This document shows, in pieces, positions 22,130 to 35,670 of a stretch of 52,227 bases of DNA. Position 1 is the first letter of the stretch. Each line of letters begins with the position of its first letter. A program made the position numbers and the translations under genes. Location of the stretch: assembly GCA_027604505.1 (NCBI GenBank), contig JADIIX010000070.1:62001-114227 (forward strand), in the 5' to 3' direction. This DNA comes from Gonapodya sp. JEL0774. Taxonomy: Eukaryota. Under the pieces are notes generated by a model. That model had not been told where the DNA came from. It worked only from the letters and a program-made list of their open reading frames with translations, and did no database searches.

Positions 22130-24830
22130 ATGGGTCGAAGGACAGCACGCCGGACGACTGCGATCATTGCGGTTGCAGGTTCGTTCATCAGATGCTCTGG
22201 ATGCGTCCAATCGGTGGCTTCTGACGAGTTCTGCTGGTGTTTCGGTCGTGATGACGGGTCGCCATTTGGTTCTTTGGTTCAAACAACCTCGGTGGCTGCC
22301 TACTCCCCTCGAACCCATCCGACTCCAATTCTCGCTCTAATGGATTCCTAAATTGGTCCGAACCGAAGTGCTTGCCTTGTTTCTGGTCTCAAACGCTCGG
22401 GGCCAGGAATCCGACCCCACTGGATCATCGACCTCACCTCCTCCAGCTGCCACTTCCGCAGCCCCCCCGCCTCCACCACCCAGCGTGCTTCCTGGATATG
22501 GAGAAGTTTGCACAACTATTATTGGGTGCACCAAACCGTTTGTCTGCAGAGGTCAGTGTCCTGTCGTAGTGATCATTTGTTCAAGCCCGTATTGACAAGA
22601 GATGTCTTTCTCTCCCCCACAACTCACACTGCCATTTCCTAAATTTTAAAACTGAAATCATCCGTGTGTGCCCTCTCTTCGATTTCAGACACCTGTCAAT
22701 GCCAAGCGGGCTACGTACTCTGTAATGGCAATGAATGCTGTGCCGGAAGTGAGCCAATAATGTCAACAAAAAGGGTGCTTTTGTTGTCACAAACTGATAT
22801 AATTCTCATCTCGTGAATCATTCCACCGGCCCAGCCACTGCTGCTCCGCCACCACCACCACCACCACCACCCTCTGCCGCATCGAGCGCCACCCGCTCCA
22901 CCACCGCTGCTCCTCCGCCCGCTCCCACAACTGGTGCTCAATCGTCTTCATCCGCGGCAGGTGGGCTCTGGTGGAAGATGAAAACTTTTCCATCCTAGTC
23001 ACTCATATCTATCCTCTTCCTCACAGAACCTACGACAGGTCCTGCACAGCCCACAAGTGCTGCTCCAGCAACCACTGCTGGTGCGTAGTGGAAACTCTCC
23101 TTTTTGGCAATAGGTCCACATTCTCAAAAACGTTGTACTATCTCGCTTGCTTCTCGTTCCAGCTGCACCTGCAGCCACCACTGGCGGCCAAGTTGTGGCA
23201 ACCACCGGTGGCAACGTGGTGTACACAGTCACTACAGTGAGAACGACAGGAAGTAAGTCTCAAATGACAGTACATCCACGCCACCTCTCTCATCAAGTGT
23301 GAACCTCCCTCATATTTCAGCCACGGGAACCACAACGACGGTCAGAAAGACTTCGACCGTCACCAAAGTCAGTGGTATGTACTCAATAGAAAACGTTTTA
23401 ACGACCTTTTGCGCTTGTGTAAGCTCAATTACACGTTCCCTACTTAGTGGTATCGGGCTCAACCACCATCATCACGGAAACTGGGAGTGACCTACCAACT
23501 GACGATACCACAGCTAGTAGTGGACCAAGTGTGGGTGCCATTGCCGGCGGTGTTGTAGGAGGACTGGTGGCTATTGGCGCTATTGGCATGTTTGTTTGGA
23601 GGCAAAATGCGAAGGCCAGTGCTCGCGAGCGAGTCATGGGTGCGTATTCTGTATCTTCCCGCCCGAGTTCAAAAACAGTTGATGCTCATCCTATTTTTCA
23701 ATTCTAATCCATCTCATCACAAGAATCGTACGCCGCTGTTCGTCCACGGAACTCCCCCAGGGAGAAATCCCGACCTCCCAACCAGCCTTTCGACGGCCCG
23801 CAGAGCCCAGTGCCTTTGTCCAACCTCCCTTCGCTCAGTATGGGCCAGAGCACCGTCATGTACGCGGACCAGAGTTTTGTCAAGACGGGAGTAGTCGGCA
23901 TGATCCCTCCAGCGCAACAGTCCCAACAGGTGGGTGGACCGTGGACAGCGTCTTGTTGAAAAACACACGAATAACCTGGTCTCCTTGAACATTGCTCGTG
24001 ATTGCTTTATCTACAGATTCACTGGCTGTTCAAGAGAATTGCTGGGCCTATGGGAGCGTTGAATGACCTGAGCGTTCCGTACGACGGACCGGCATTGGAG
24101 GCTACCACAAGGGTGAGTTGCGTCAAACGTTTATCGGAACAGTGACATGTGCTCACTAACACGTGGTGCACGACCTTTTTTTGGAATCAAAATGTCAGTT
24201 TGATCCGAATGCCGACGATGAGATGGAGCTCGATGTGGGCCAATACGTGGAGCTCAAGGACGTGTTCCGAGATGGCTGGGCAATGGGCTGGAACCGGGAA
24301 ACGGGCCAGTTCGGAATGGTTCCTCTGTAAGTGACACATGATGCTCGGTTCTGGAACCAGTCAACCAACGTGTGGGTTCGACACACTTGCCTACCGCAGA
24401 TCATGCCTCCGCCTCTCGGACTATGGATCACCACCACAGGACCAATCCTTCCTTATGCCACCAGGTCCTGGCGGGTACGGCCAATCCATGACCATGTCGC
24501 GTTTCGTCTCCCAGTCCATGGACACACACAGCGCCGTGCTGGCTGAGCGTGCCCGTATCCAATCGGGGACGTCCCGCGTCTTCTCACGTGGTGGAGCGGA
24601 TAGCTTCCGTCGTGGTGGCGGGGACAATGACAGCATGTACTATGGGGGAGGGGACACGACGCGTCTCACTGGAAATGGAATGAAAGTTTACACCTCGGTG
24701 AGTTTTCGTCGCCGCTTTCACACAAATCGTATTTTTGTCGTCTCACGAGTCTATCACTCGCTCTTCTCGCAACAAACAGATGCCACCTTCCACTGCTTCT
24801 TCGATTGATGTGCGGGGGCCAGGGTTTTAG
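22130..24830 (+). CDS. Receptor-like protein D: signal peptide, short Cys motif plus Pro/Thr-rich ectodomain, TM, SH3
   Basis: Spliced signal MGRRTARRTTAIIAVA/VLALFLVSNARG; YGEVCTTIIGCTKPFVC; poly-Pro/Thr stalk; TM SVGAIAGGVVGGLVAIGAIGMFVWRQ; IHWLFKRIAGPMGALNDLSVPYDGPALEATTR/FDPNADDEMELDVGQYVELKDVFRDGWAMGWNRETGQFGMVPL/SCLRLSD; ends IDVRGPGF*. Confidence 0.8.
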
Positions 24831-25068
24831 TGGTCATATATGAAGAACCTCGACGCGGCAGGGTCCGCTCAACTGGATAAACTGTTGGTTACTAGACCAT
24901 GTGTGGAACCGTCTTCCCAAATCTCACAGTACTATTTTCGGAGGTGTTTGGCGGGTTACTACAATGTTTGCAAGTTTTTTTTCCTGCAGGATGTGTACAG
25001 CCCAATACATTTTATGAGTGAAGGGGAGTCACAAGGGCCCGTTGAACCTAGTTGAGCACTACATCCCA

Positions 25069-26307
25069 CTACATGTTCGCTCTGCTTCCTTGCCCGTCAT
25101 TCACTTTAATAATGGCACCCGTGACAAACTCGGAGCTGGGGCTAACCAAATACAAGAGTGTGGAGTCCAGCTGTTCCGGATGCCCGATACGCTTCCGGGC
25201 AAAGCCCGCTGCCATCACTTCTTCCTTGCCCTGAGCAACACGGTTGATCATGCCCTCCATCTGAATGGGGAAAGGGAAGGACGAGAGGTCGGGAGAAAGA
25301 CAAGGAAGTAGGGTCGGGACAAAGGGACTCACCATCTCGGAGATGAAAGCGCCCGGGCAGATACAGTTCACGTTGATGTTGTAGTGTGCCCACTCGGCAC
25401 TGAGAGCCTCGGTCATTCGCGCTGCACAACGTTTGATGAGGGGGAGCAGAGAAAGAAGGATACTCATCTTACATCACGTACCTACTGCAGTCTTTGTAAC
25501 GGCGTACAGAGCTGGTTCAAAGTCACCATATAAGTTGGTCTGAAATTAGTTGCCCCTTTTCGCTGAACGAAAATACGCCTACATACCTGCACCTCCACCG
25601 TCGTACCGGAAATGCGCGGTGGACGAAATGTTGACAATGTTCCCGCCCTTCTTTGCAGCGATGAGACGGCGTGCGACTTCACAAGCGAGAATCCACGGGC
25701 CTCGCACGTTGACTCCGAGGACTTGGTCGATGAGACCAATGGACATCTATTGCAACCGCACGGATGAATCTTGTACTCAAATCTCTCTGTAGATGCGTCC
25801 AATCCAACATACCTTGTGAGCTCGCTGCGCATCAGGAATGCCTGAATAGAATGAGGCCGAGGGTTGAGAACGGGATTTCGAAGGAGACAGGATTCCAGAA
25901 TCACCAACCGGCATTGTTGACCAAGATATCCACAGTCCCGAACGCCTTTTCCGTCGCCTCGACGGCAGCAATCATAGCTTTCGCATCCATGGCATCCATT
26001 TGAATGGGTATTGCTGTTCCTCCTGCTGCACGGATTTCATTGCAGACGGATTCCAACTTGTCCAGTCGCCGAGCAGCGAGGCCAACCTTGATTAACGCAG
26101 CGATACCAGGGCAGAGTTAGAGAATGCATCATCGCACCTAGTGCCTGAGCTTTGGTCCCACTTCCGTATGCCCACCTTTGCCCCTTGGGCGGCGAGAACT
26201 TTGGCAAATCGAACACCCAGCCCCGCAGATGCTCCCGTCACAAGAGCCACTCGGCCTGTGAGGTCGACAGAGAAATTGGGGAGAGGAAATTGCTTGGCGG
26301 GGGACAT
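25069..26307 (-). CDS. Classical short-chain dehydrogenase/reductase (SDR), multi-exon
   Basis: LTGRVALVTGASAGLGVRFA (TGxxxGxG); VDILVNNAG; GGNIVNISS; NINVNCICPGAFISEM; RIGHPEQLD..LYLVS..SEFVTGAIIKVNDG. Confidence 0.92.
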
Positions 26308-26813
26308 TTCGTAACACAACGGAAGAGTTTGACAAGATTTTGTGACTGGATCTGTCGGAAGATGACCGGATCGGCCGATGGCCGAGAAGTCCCGAACCTC
26401 CCAACACCGACGATGAAGAACTGCTCAAACTCATTCCCGTTACACGAAGCCGTTTACGTAAATGGCCAATGGAATGAAATTAGGCATACATTCCTTAACT
26501 CGCCTGGCCATCAACCTCGTCAGGTATACAGAGAGATACACACCGGACAGCTGTCTTCACCCGTTAGAACATCAAATTGAGCTCGGCTCTAAGCATTTGT
26601 TTATTGTTCATCCACGACATGGGGACGAAATAATCGTACCTGCGGGGGTTTCGCTTCTGTTCCTCCTTGGACGCAGCCCCTGTCAGGTCACCAGGACACA
26701 GTGCAAAGGTCGTCATAACGACAGAGAATAAACAACAAGTTCATCGCGATCTTTTCCCCTCCATTTGCCCGTGTTCGCATTTCTTGTTCGGCATCATCAA
26801 CTTCCGACCCCTG

Positions 26814-29546
26814 ATGGCTCCAGCTGATGATGATGCAGTTGCTTTGGCGAAACTTGGATAGTAGGTTGAACATTGTGGAACATTAGAACCACATGAGAAC
26901 CCGGCAAGCTCTATAACCTCAACATTTCTTCCTTCCACTTGATGGGGGATGAAACATTATTCATTAAGTCGGCAAGAGTATGTGGACGGGTTGAACAATG
27001 AGCATTTGCGAACGTCACTTAACGGTTTCGGCCACTTTCCTCACATCAAGGTTCACTCGAGCTCTCGGTCTTTTGGAAAACTTTGCAGCTACCTTTGCGA
27101 CGAGTATGCTTCGATGATGCGGAGGATTACTGACTTTAGGAAGCTCATCTCAGAATTCTTAGTCAATTTCGTTGTCAGCGTTCCGCAATTGCTCGGATAC
27201 GCGTTGACTGCCGGTAAGCGGAATCTTTGAATTAATCGCAACATTGCCTGAATTGTGAAAATGATCCCAAGGTGGTCCTCTCGCTGGTGACTACATCGAT
27301 TGAGATCGAAATTCGCCGACTAACTACCCCTCTGCATCAATTATCATTTTCAACAAGCTACCATTAACTGGCTAATCGGTGGATTCATGGGACTGAATGG
27401 TGCGATGGTTCTCGCTGAGATCTGCTCGGCTATGCCCACTGCAGGGGGGATCTATGTGCGTCAAGTGTCACTTGCTTGAAAGTCAACACGCAACACGCTC
27501 ATGCTGAAGATTGTTGTTTTGGAAGTACTGGTCGGCCAAGCTGGGCGGGGAGAAGTACGGACCTTTCCTCGCATGGATGACAGCATGGTAATTGCAAAGC
27601 GCCGTCCATCTCAAACTACCACTCAAAGAACCAACGACTTATCTACATCTTCAGGTGGAACTGGTTCGGCTGGCTCGTCAGCGTCCCTGCGGTAGCACAG
27701 GCCGGCACGCTTGTCCTCATATCGGGCATCATGGTGGCGTACCCCGACTACTCACCGCAACCGTGGCATCAGTTCCTCATAACTCTCGGAGGAATACTAT
27801 ACGCCACGCTTCTTAATGCCACTAACGAGCGTGTTATAAAGTACTTTTACGGGGCTGGTGAGTTTGCACCCTGCGTTAGAATTTTTTCGGAGAGGATGCT
27901 AGACGCCGAACACCACTTTTAGCCACGTACGCTATCTTCGCTCTTTACGGAGTTTACTTTGTGTGGCTCCCGGTGAAGGCACCGTCTTTCCAACCTGGGT
28001 CCTTCATCGGAACCTTTGTCAACGCAACGGGATTCAGCGACTCGTACTGCTGGATGATTGGCCTCTTGTACCCCGCCTGTGAGGCATAGAACTGTCAGTT
28101 TCTTCAGATACTAGCATGGAAGTAGCTTACCGTTACGCGGACGTCGTCTAGGGACTTTCTTCGGGTACGATGCCAGTGCTCACGTATCGGAGGAAACCGC
28201 GGGGGCGTCGAGAACTGCAGCGCGCGGAAGTGAGTGAAGCTTTTTGACTTCATATATCAGAGAGCTTTTGGCTAATTCATGGCTTTGGTACTCAGTGTGG
28301 GTCGCCGTCGCTGTATCATTGGTGTTCTCTTTCCCGCTTCTACTTCTTTTGCTGTTCTGCGGTGAGATATATGCATACTCCACAACTCAAACTACCGCAA
28401 TCTGATGATGGTTTCCGCCACTTGCAGTACAAGATCTCGAAGATATCACATTCTCCTCCTACCCTTCCAGTGTTGTTTCCATCTTTGTACAGGTGATTCC
28501 CCTGCGCAAATTTCTGGTCGATTTAATGAGAGGTTCACCATTACCACGGACATACAGAACATCGGGGAGCGTGGTGCTGTCACGATGATGTCCATCCTTT
28601 ACGTTATCATTCTCCAGGGTCTCGCAGCCATCACCATGTCCACCTCGCGCATTACATATGCCATCTCACGGGATAACATTCTTCCCGGATCTCGTTTCAT
28701 TAGCGTGATGGGCTCCAACCAATTGCCCAACCGAGCGATTTGGTTGGTTGCGGCGTTGTCAACCCTTATTTCCTGCCTCATTTTGGGCAACTCGGTCGCC
28801 TTTAACGCTCTTGCAAGTGCTTCCACGGTGACCATCAATGCAAGCTATGGAATTCCGTGAGTACACGGCCAGGAGAGTTCATACTCGGGGGAGGCTAAAC
28901 CGTCCGTGTTTGAACAATCCACAGGATCTTCGCCAGGTGAGTCCTCGTGATTCCTTTGCATGCTATCGCATTAGTGACACGTTTTTGTGTTTGTCCAGGA
29001 TTTTCATCGTGGGAAACAACTTTAGGGCTGGGGAATGGAGCCTCGGTGCCTTAAGCAAGCCAATGGGCGTGGTTATGCTGTGTTGGGTGACAACACTCTT
29101 TGTGGTGCTTTGCCTGCCAGAATATTATCCCATAACAGCGAATAGCTTTAACGTGAGTTACTCCGCGTGTTGACAGGATCAATTGCAGAGAAGGATAAGT
29201 ATTCCGGAAAATGTACAGTACGGCTCGGTCATGGTCGCTTCGGTAACCCTGGTTGGGCTGATTTCTTGGGTACGTAGTTTGCGGTCGGGGAGGCTCTCCG
29301 TGATACATTGCGCTGAATAACTCTATTTGTGACTAAGGTTGTGTCTGCTAACAAATGGTTTACCGGTTCGTTTTCTCCATGAGGATTTTCATTATCCGTT
29401 CTTTCTAATTCAAATGTTGCTTTTCAGGCCCACGACGGCATATTTCAGAGGAGGAAGCCATGTCACTAGAGGAAAAGCTGTCGCCAAAGGAAAGTGGTGG
29501 AGGATTTTCTTCTTCTGAGCTTCAAAGTCAGGCTTGTTTGGCTTAG
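26814..29546 (+). CDS. APC-superfamily amino-acid/GABA/choline-type permease, many short exons
   Basis: DDAVALAKLGY start; LAEICSAMPTAGGIY; FFGYDASAHVSEET; MSTSRITYAISRDNILPGSRF; ALASASTVTINASYGIP; LCLPEYYPITANSFN; KWFTGP. These motifs are typical of the UGA4/HNM1-like (ACT) family. Confidence 0.9.
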
Positions 29547-29904
29547 CTGCCAAATGCACAGACAAAAATTCCAGATGTAGATCTAGAAATAGATGTGAAA
29601 AACGAGTTGATGTCCATAGAATAGGCGAAAGAGACAAAGACAGACCTTGGAGTGGGCTGTGGGTGATTGAGGCAAGCACGGGCACATCATTGAGGGACGG
29701 CTGAAACGGAAAAGGAGAGGAGGGGTACAGTGCTTCTCCAGAAAACTTTGACGCAGTTCGGACAACGTGCCGGACCGAAGAATGTCGAAGTCATCTTACA
29801 AGAACATTGGAAACTCCAGATGACCATATCGTCACATTCGAATCATAAATACACCAATGCTTTAACGTTTACGCTAATCATCATTACAAATGTCTTTCAT
29901 TTGC

Positions 29905-32900
29905 TTAAACAGCTCTCGCGGTCAACGCCACTACAGCACTACGATTCGCTGCTTCCCTCCGCGCAACGTCCGATTCCTTCACTCGGCCAAACTCACTCCG
30001 CGTAGTCAGCGCCGACGCGTCCACATGGCCATTAATCACGGCTGGCCCCGACATCCCGCCATGAAGCAGATCAAATTCTCCCAAAAGAATTCCAAGGTGA
30101 AACGACTGCCCTCCTGTTGTTCCCGCCCTCCTCAGCAGTGCCCTCCCTTCACTCCAGAAAGTCGACGTCTTTATCTCGCCTTTCCAACTCTTAAGCTGAT
30201 CAGCAACTCCCTTCCGCACAGCATCCAGAGACGACGGTGCCGGCCCCCGTGCAACGGCAACACCAATGGCTTTGACCACCTCACGCTCCTTCGTGTTGGC
30301 CATAACCTGCCACTTTCCTCTCCAAGACTGTACCATGGAGAGAAGCGTCACAAACAGGGATTCCCAGTGTGATTGCGCAACATTGAGCCCATTTGTGCCG
30401 GTGGCAGGTGGAGTAATTGGGTCGGTGTCTTTCGTCAATTCCACCAAGCTCATCAACCTCGGCATCCGCAGCACTATTCCTTCGGCAGACAAGGCCCCAC
30501 AGGAGCCAATACCCAGCTGCTCCTCAATCAAGTCAGCAGCAAGACTGTCCCGCAAGTGATCCACCTTCTGAGAAAGCGCAGCGGGATCCGCAGCAACCGC
30601 ACGCAAGGCGTCCTTGTACAATGACACGCGAAGTGGAAACGGTGTGGCACGAATATACGCCCTGGACACGGCCTCCGAGGTGATATAGCTCGGAGAGTGG
30701 ATAGTGATCGTGGATGAAGAAGACGCTGTGGTGGTAACTGGAGAAGGCGGTGTGGCGCAAATGGTGAGACGGGGAGTAGAAGTTGCATGGTCTACAAGTC
30801 GTCGGAAGCGGATGATGGCTTGCGTGTTCTCCGGATACACAATTGGAGGGGTGGTGAGGACGCTGAAATCGGTCTTATGGCAGACCGCGAAAGCATACCG
30901 CCGTTGTGGGTGGTATTTTTCGAGAAGAGATTGCAGCGCCGTTGCCTGAGCAGTTGGTTTCCTAAGACTGTTGAATGGCTTCTTGCGAACGACGCAAACC
31001 ACCATCTCGACGAGTCTATGTTCAATCACAAGGAGGTCACCGTGAGTTTTGTCTGTGGGGACAAACTCGTTGGAGAAATGGAGTACCGGAGTTGGGTGGG
31101 TTTTCTTGGCAAAGATGTTCACAACATTAACGAGTCGTTTGAATCGAGCTCCGTCAAGATCCTTAAGTGCCTCATGAAACTCAAATTGCGCAGAGGTATT
31201 ATAAACGGCAAACGCGTGAGCGGGATACGCAAAGGGTTCTAGACATGACTTGATGGTGCTGTAAATGGGTGCCATGGAAGCGGTGTAGTGGGTACTGCTC
31301 GTTTGAGATGGCGACAGGAACAGAAAGTTCGCTTGGTGCTTGGTAACCGCACTAAGCACATCGTCAGGGTGAATGTAGTTTCTGGCAAAATCATCTTCTC
31401 CCAAGCTGTGTGTGGCTTGATTGTCGAACGGGTTGTCCAGCACAACCACGGTGCAATCTGCCCAATCCTGCCCAATCAGCTTGAAATCGAGCTTCCCCTC
31501 ATGGGAAAGGTCCCATATGTCGACTGCACCTTGAGGACCGTCTCCATGAAGATACCGGGCCACACGATTCCAAGCGTCGAGTTCCGCAGTGGTTGTCTGT
31601 GAATTGGTGACCAACAGCGTCCGCGCACCCGGTGTGCGTGTGTATCCCGAAGACGCTCGAATCGTGACCTCCCTGCGCTGAACCACTATCAAACCCGATG
31701 AGCCATCAGGGGATCCAATACACAACGAGAAATTGAATGTGGCGCTGCTGTATGCTTTGACTTCCGGCGAGAGCTGGATATGGGCTGTGGAATGCAGAGT
31801 CGTATCCTTCCCGATGAGGTCGTACTCTATGACGCTATGGCCGTTGACACTATCTGCGGGGTTGAACTTGAAAAGTCTGGGATTGTGATCGTCCCAATAC
31901 GTGATATGTTCCAGCGGAATGTCCCCTGACGTAAACTCCACACGGACGAGCACTCGGCGTTTCGAATCACTGAGACGTCCGTAAGGGCGCAGAGCTATAT
32001 TCTTCAAATTAAACAAAAGGACGCAGTCCTCTCCGGGAAGGATCGAGCCAAGATGTTGGACATTGGAGAGCTCGATGGGGTAACGAAGTGTGAACTTCCA
32101 GGGTTGGCAAAAGTTCTGAAGATCCCGTCCAAAAGGTGCTGCCTGAGTAAACAGATGTGGGGGGCAAAGTATTGAGTGTCAGAAGACTTGCGCGTGAAGA
32201 GACAAGAACAGCGCAGCTCACCTGAGCGAAGATCCGGAAAGCAGCAGCGTTTTCCAAAACCATCGGATCCCCACGAGCACGACGAGTCGTTTGCTTTGCC
32301 ATCTGCCGCACAGGGTCGATGTTTGCAGTGCGAAAGCCGAGATATTGATCCTTGTTCGGTCCAGCACTGACTTTGCACGGGACTTGGATGGAACCTTTGA
32401 TCGCGCCAGGCAGCACGATAAAGTTTTGAAGACTCTCGGCGAGAATCCACTCCTCGCCAGCAACCCTCGATGATCCGCTGTCACGCATGTAAAGCATGAT
32501 TGGGTACTGAGCAGACGGTGTCGGCATGTTTGCGGGATTCGAAACTGTGGTGGACGTGACGAGTAACCGTGTGTTGGGCTCAGCCCAGGTGCCGTTGCTG
32601 TCGCCGTTCTCAGGTCGAAACGACACACGCGTGATTTTGAGGCGATATATGTCACTGTACGTGTCGATCCCTCTCGCACCTCTGTCAATGCGAATCCGGA
32701 AAGAACCTTCCTTGCCATCTCGTCCGCTTGGTGCGGTACTTCCGTTTGGGCCATCGGGTCCATTTGGCCCCGACCATCCGCCCGGATTTGTATGAGTAGT
32801 TGTGTATGTAGAACCCGGGTTCTTACCGTCAGCCGAGGGTGGTACGTGGTGTGTTTCCGTGTAGGTGTACGAGGAGCCACCAGACCCACCCCTGCCGCCA

Positions 32901-33615
32901 GATCCTTTCAAAGGAGGAAAATTTGTTTAGCAGCACTTCCTGCCCAGGTACGTTGGGAAATCCGGATGGCACCATGAGACTCACCTCCTGGTCCAGGGTT
33001 CCCTTGGCGTCCCCCAACGCCCCGTGCATAGATAGGTGCAGGGTCAAACAGGGCGAGCAAATGCGAGTCTTCTTCACGAATGGTGATGAATATGGCACCT
33101 CCGTTTCCTCCATCACCGCCAGCTCCGGCATCTCCGCCTCGTCCACCAGGGCCACCGGGTCCTCCATTGGTGCCGGACGAGTACCTCGTCGCGTCTTGAC
33201 CCCTTTCAAAAGGTAGAAGAGGTGCATAACCGAACTAAGCTTTCATATAAAGACTTCCTCACCTCGATCCCGTGGCTCCTGTCCCACCTCTTCCACCATT
33301 TCCTCCAATACCACCATCGCCCCCTTTCGCTTTGAACTGAACCCAATCCCGAGATCCTACTTTTCGTGTTCCGGTGGCCGTTCCTTGGACGCGAATCGAC
33401 GTCTCATCGGGGTTCGCGAGAATGCTTGGTATGAGCGCACCATCCGGCAATGATACAGATGACGATATCTGCAATGTGATGTTGCCCGCATCCTGTCCGC
33501 GAGTGCCAGAGGTTGCATTCTCACCGGGAGCACCGGAGGAATATTCTCTACCTGGAGCACCATTTTTCCCAGGCAACCCATTCGCACCTGACACGTCGAA
33601 TACTGGACGGGACAT
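29905..33615 (-). CDS. Large hypothetical protein with N-terminal Gly-rich/collagen-like repeats and a long globular C-terminal region
   Basis: Exons MSRPVFDVSGANGLPGKNGAPG..GGDGGIGGNGGRGG; GGPGGRGGDAGAGGDGGNGG; GPNGPDGPNG..GRDGKEG. An intron at about 32147-32222 joins these in frame to the 703-aa ORF 29905-32016. Confidence 0.8.
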
Positions 33616-35670
33616 CCAAAAGGCGAGGAATAAAAGTCAGAGAATTCTCGCTTTTTCTGGCTGCGATTTCGGAGATGCTTTGGCAGTCCTGCCAAATGCA
33701 CTTGCCTAATGAACTGTTCCTGAGGAAGTTTTGTCTCCGCTGGCTGAGACCAACCACCACAGCAGCTGAGGGGAGGGGGGCTGAGGAAACGCCACAAACC
33801 ACAACCGATTACCCTTATCGTGTATGTATATTCCTTACATATTATCTATCAGCAAAGTTTTCTCAATGATTGGTGTCTTTCTTTCCCGTGTATTGGAGAC
33901 TGTTCATATACGCCAGGGCCCCCCTTCAAACTGCGCATATGTAAGCGCAGGAAAAGCCGGCGACTTTGGCGGGTGGGAGGAATGTACAGAGTAGTCGGCA
34001 ATTGTGAACTGTTGAGATGATCCTGCTACGAATGATTGTTGCAGTTAATCTGTCGTTAAAACACCTATAAACTCCTCTTCCCCGACCTTTTTTATATCTG
34101 CACCCGTTCTCTCACTTTCTATCATGCGATACATACATGGCTCGCACGGAAAGAGACACCTCGAAACTGGCACCGAATAGCTTCTCTTTAGACAGTCTTT
34201 TGTTATCATGCACTTTGGTCCCAGCCCGCCCAGCCCACTCGCCGGAAGTTCATCATGACCCACAATTCATGTACACAGATTTAAGTTATTGAGTGAGCTA
34301 TGGTATCCACAGTGTGTTCATTTTCGTCTTGGAGAACTCTTCAAGGTAATGGCACGCAATGTGTGGGAACTGGCAAGTTTCCTCACACCTCCGCCACATC
34401 AGTCCCCAATCACAACTACTCTAACTGCATTTATTGTATCTCCTTTCTAACACTATGGCTAGCTTTTTGGAAAGAATCCACCACAAGTTAGATCGCCCTT
34501 CGACCACAAGCTCCATACCCTCCGGCTCACAACTTTCCTCAATCCTGCGCGTCCACTCCTTACACCACAGCGTATAGTCTGCTGGTATCTGGTCTGTCCA
34601 ACGATGCACTGTCCGAGCAGAAGTGCTCTTGGAGAGTGAGTAAATAAACCACAAATGACGGCGCCGCCCAACACAAATGAGGGCCCCGCCAAGTGCTTCG
34701 ACCGCCTAAGAAACAAGCCGACGATTTCTTGGGCAACTGAACATGATGTGGAAATGAATGTCTATCGGCTGGCGAAAAGATGTGTCGATATATTGAGATA
34801 AACTCCTGCCCATCGTCCTTGGCAACATCGTGAGCCACGCAAATGGTGTACCGAAGCACTCTGATAGACTTGAAGTCGGTGTAGCGCGCTCACATTCCGA
34901 GGGTCATACTCCTGTAAAGAGATATCGACAATTGTGGGTTTACCAGAACACAGGATTCGCCACAGACGGACGGACCCAGTTCAGTCATATCCATGCACAA
35001 TGCTGGTGCCACCAAGATATCTTTGAGATTCAAAAGCGGCCGCCAAACAGATGTGACGTTCGAAATTCATTTGGCGCGCAATGCGTTGAACGACATTCTC
35101 TTATAGCAAAGATGGGAATGCGAATGAGATCAAATTGAACAGGAAAGTGAGGCGTCGTAAGGTTCAACGCTGACCTGGTGCATGGATGACTTGTTACCGT
35201 GTTTTGGTAGTCAAGCGTTGCATTTCGTCTCTGCGTGACAAAAAATAAAAGAAATAAATCAGTAGGGCATGTAACACTAGGAAAAGGCATCTGTCGCACT
35301 CTGACTGATGCACGTGCGGGAGGGTACCACAACATCAACATCGCCACTCAACAGAAACTTTGTTTGAAACTGCGATTGAGGAAGGAAAACCCGTGATGAT
35401 TGGAGAATGAAACTGAAATCACACCGTGGCAAAGTTTTCCCGCGTGGGCAGAATTTAATGTGGATTGGTGTGAATTATATGTCGTCCATTCAGCCCTGTG
35501 GGGAAGGTTTGTCGGGGGATCGGGGATGCCTGATGCCTGTGGGCGGTGTCCCCCTCCCGATTCTTGATCTCGCGACGATTGGAACAAGGGAGCCTCTTCT
35601 GTGGATCAGTACCTCCAACGTGCACTGGAGCCATGGTCTTCTTAAGGTCTAGGATGGAGCAGCTTCATCA

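Noticed and set aside
32004..32230. Apparent frameshift between ORFs 32009-32911 and 29905-32016
   Set aside because: Resolved by a canonical GTGAG..CAG intron that restores the frame.
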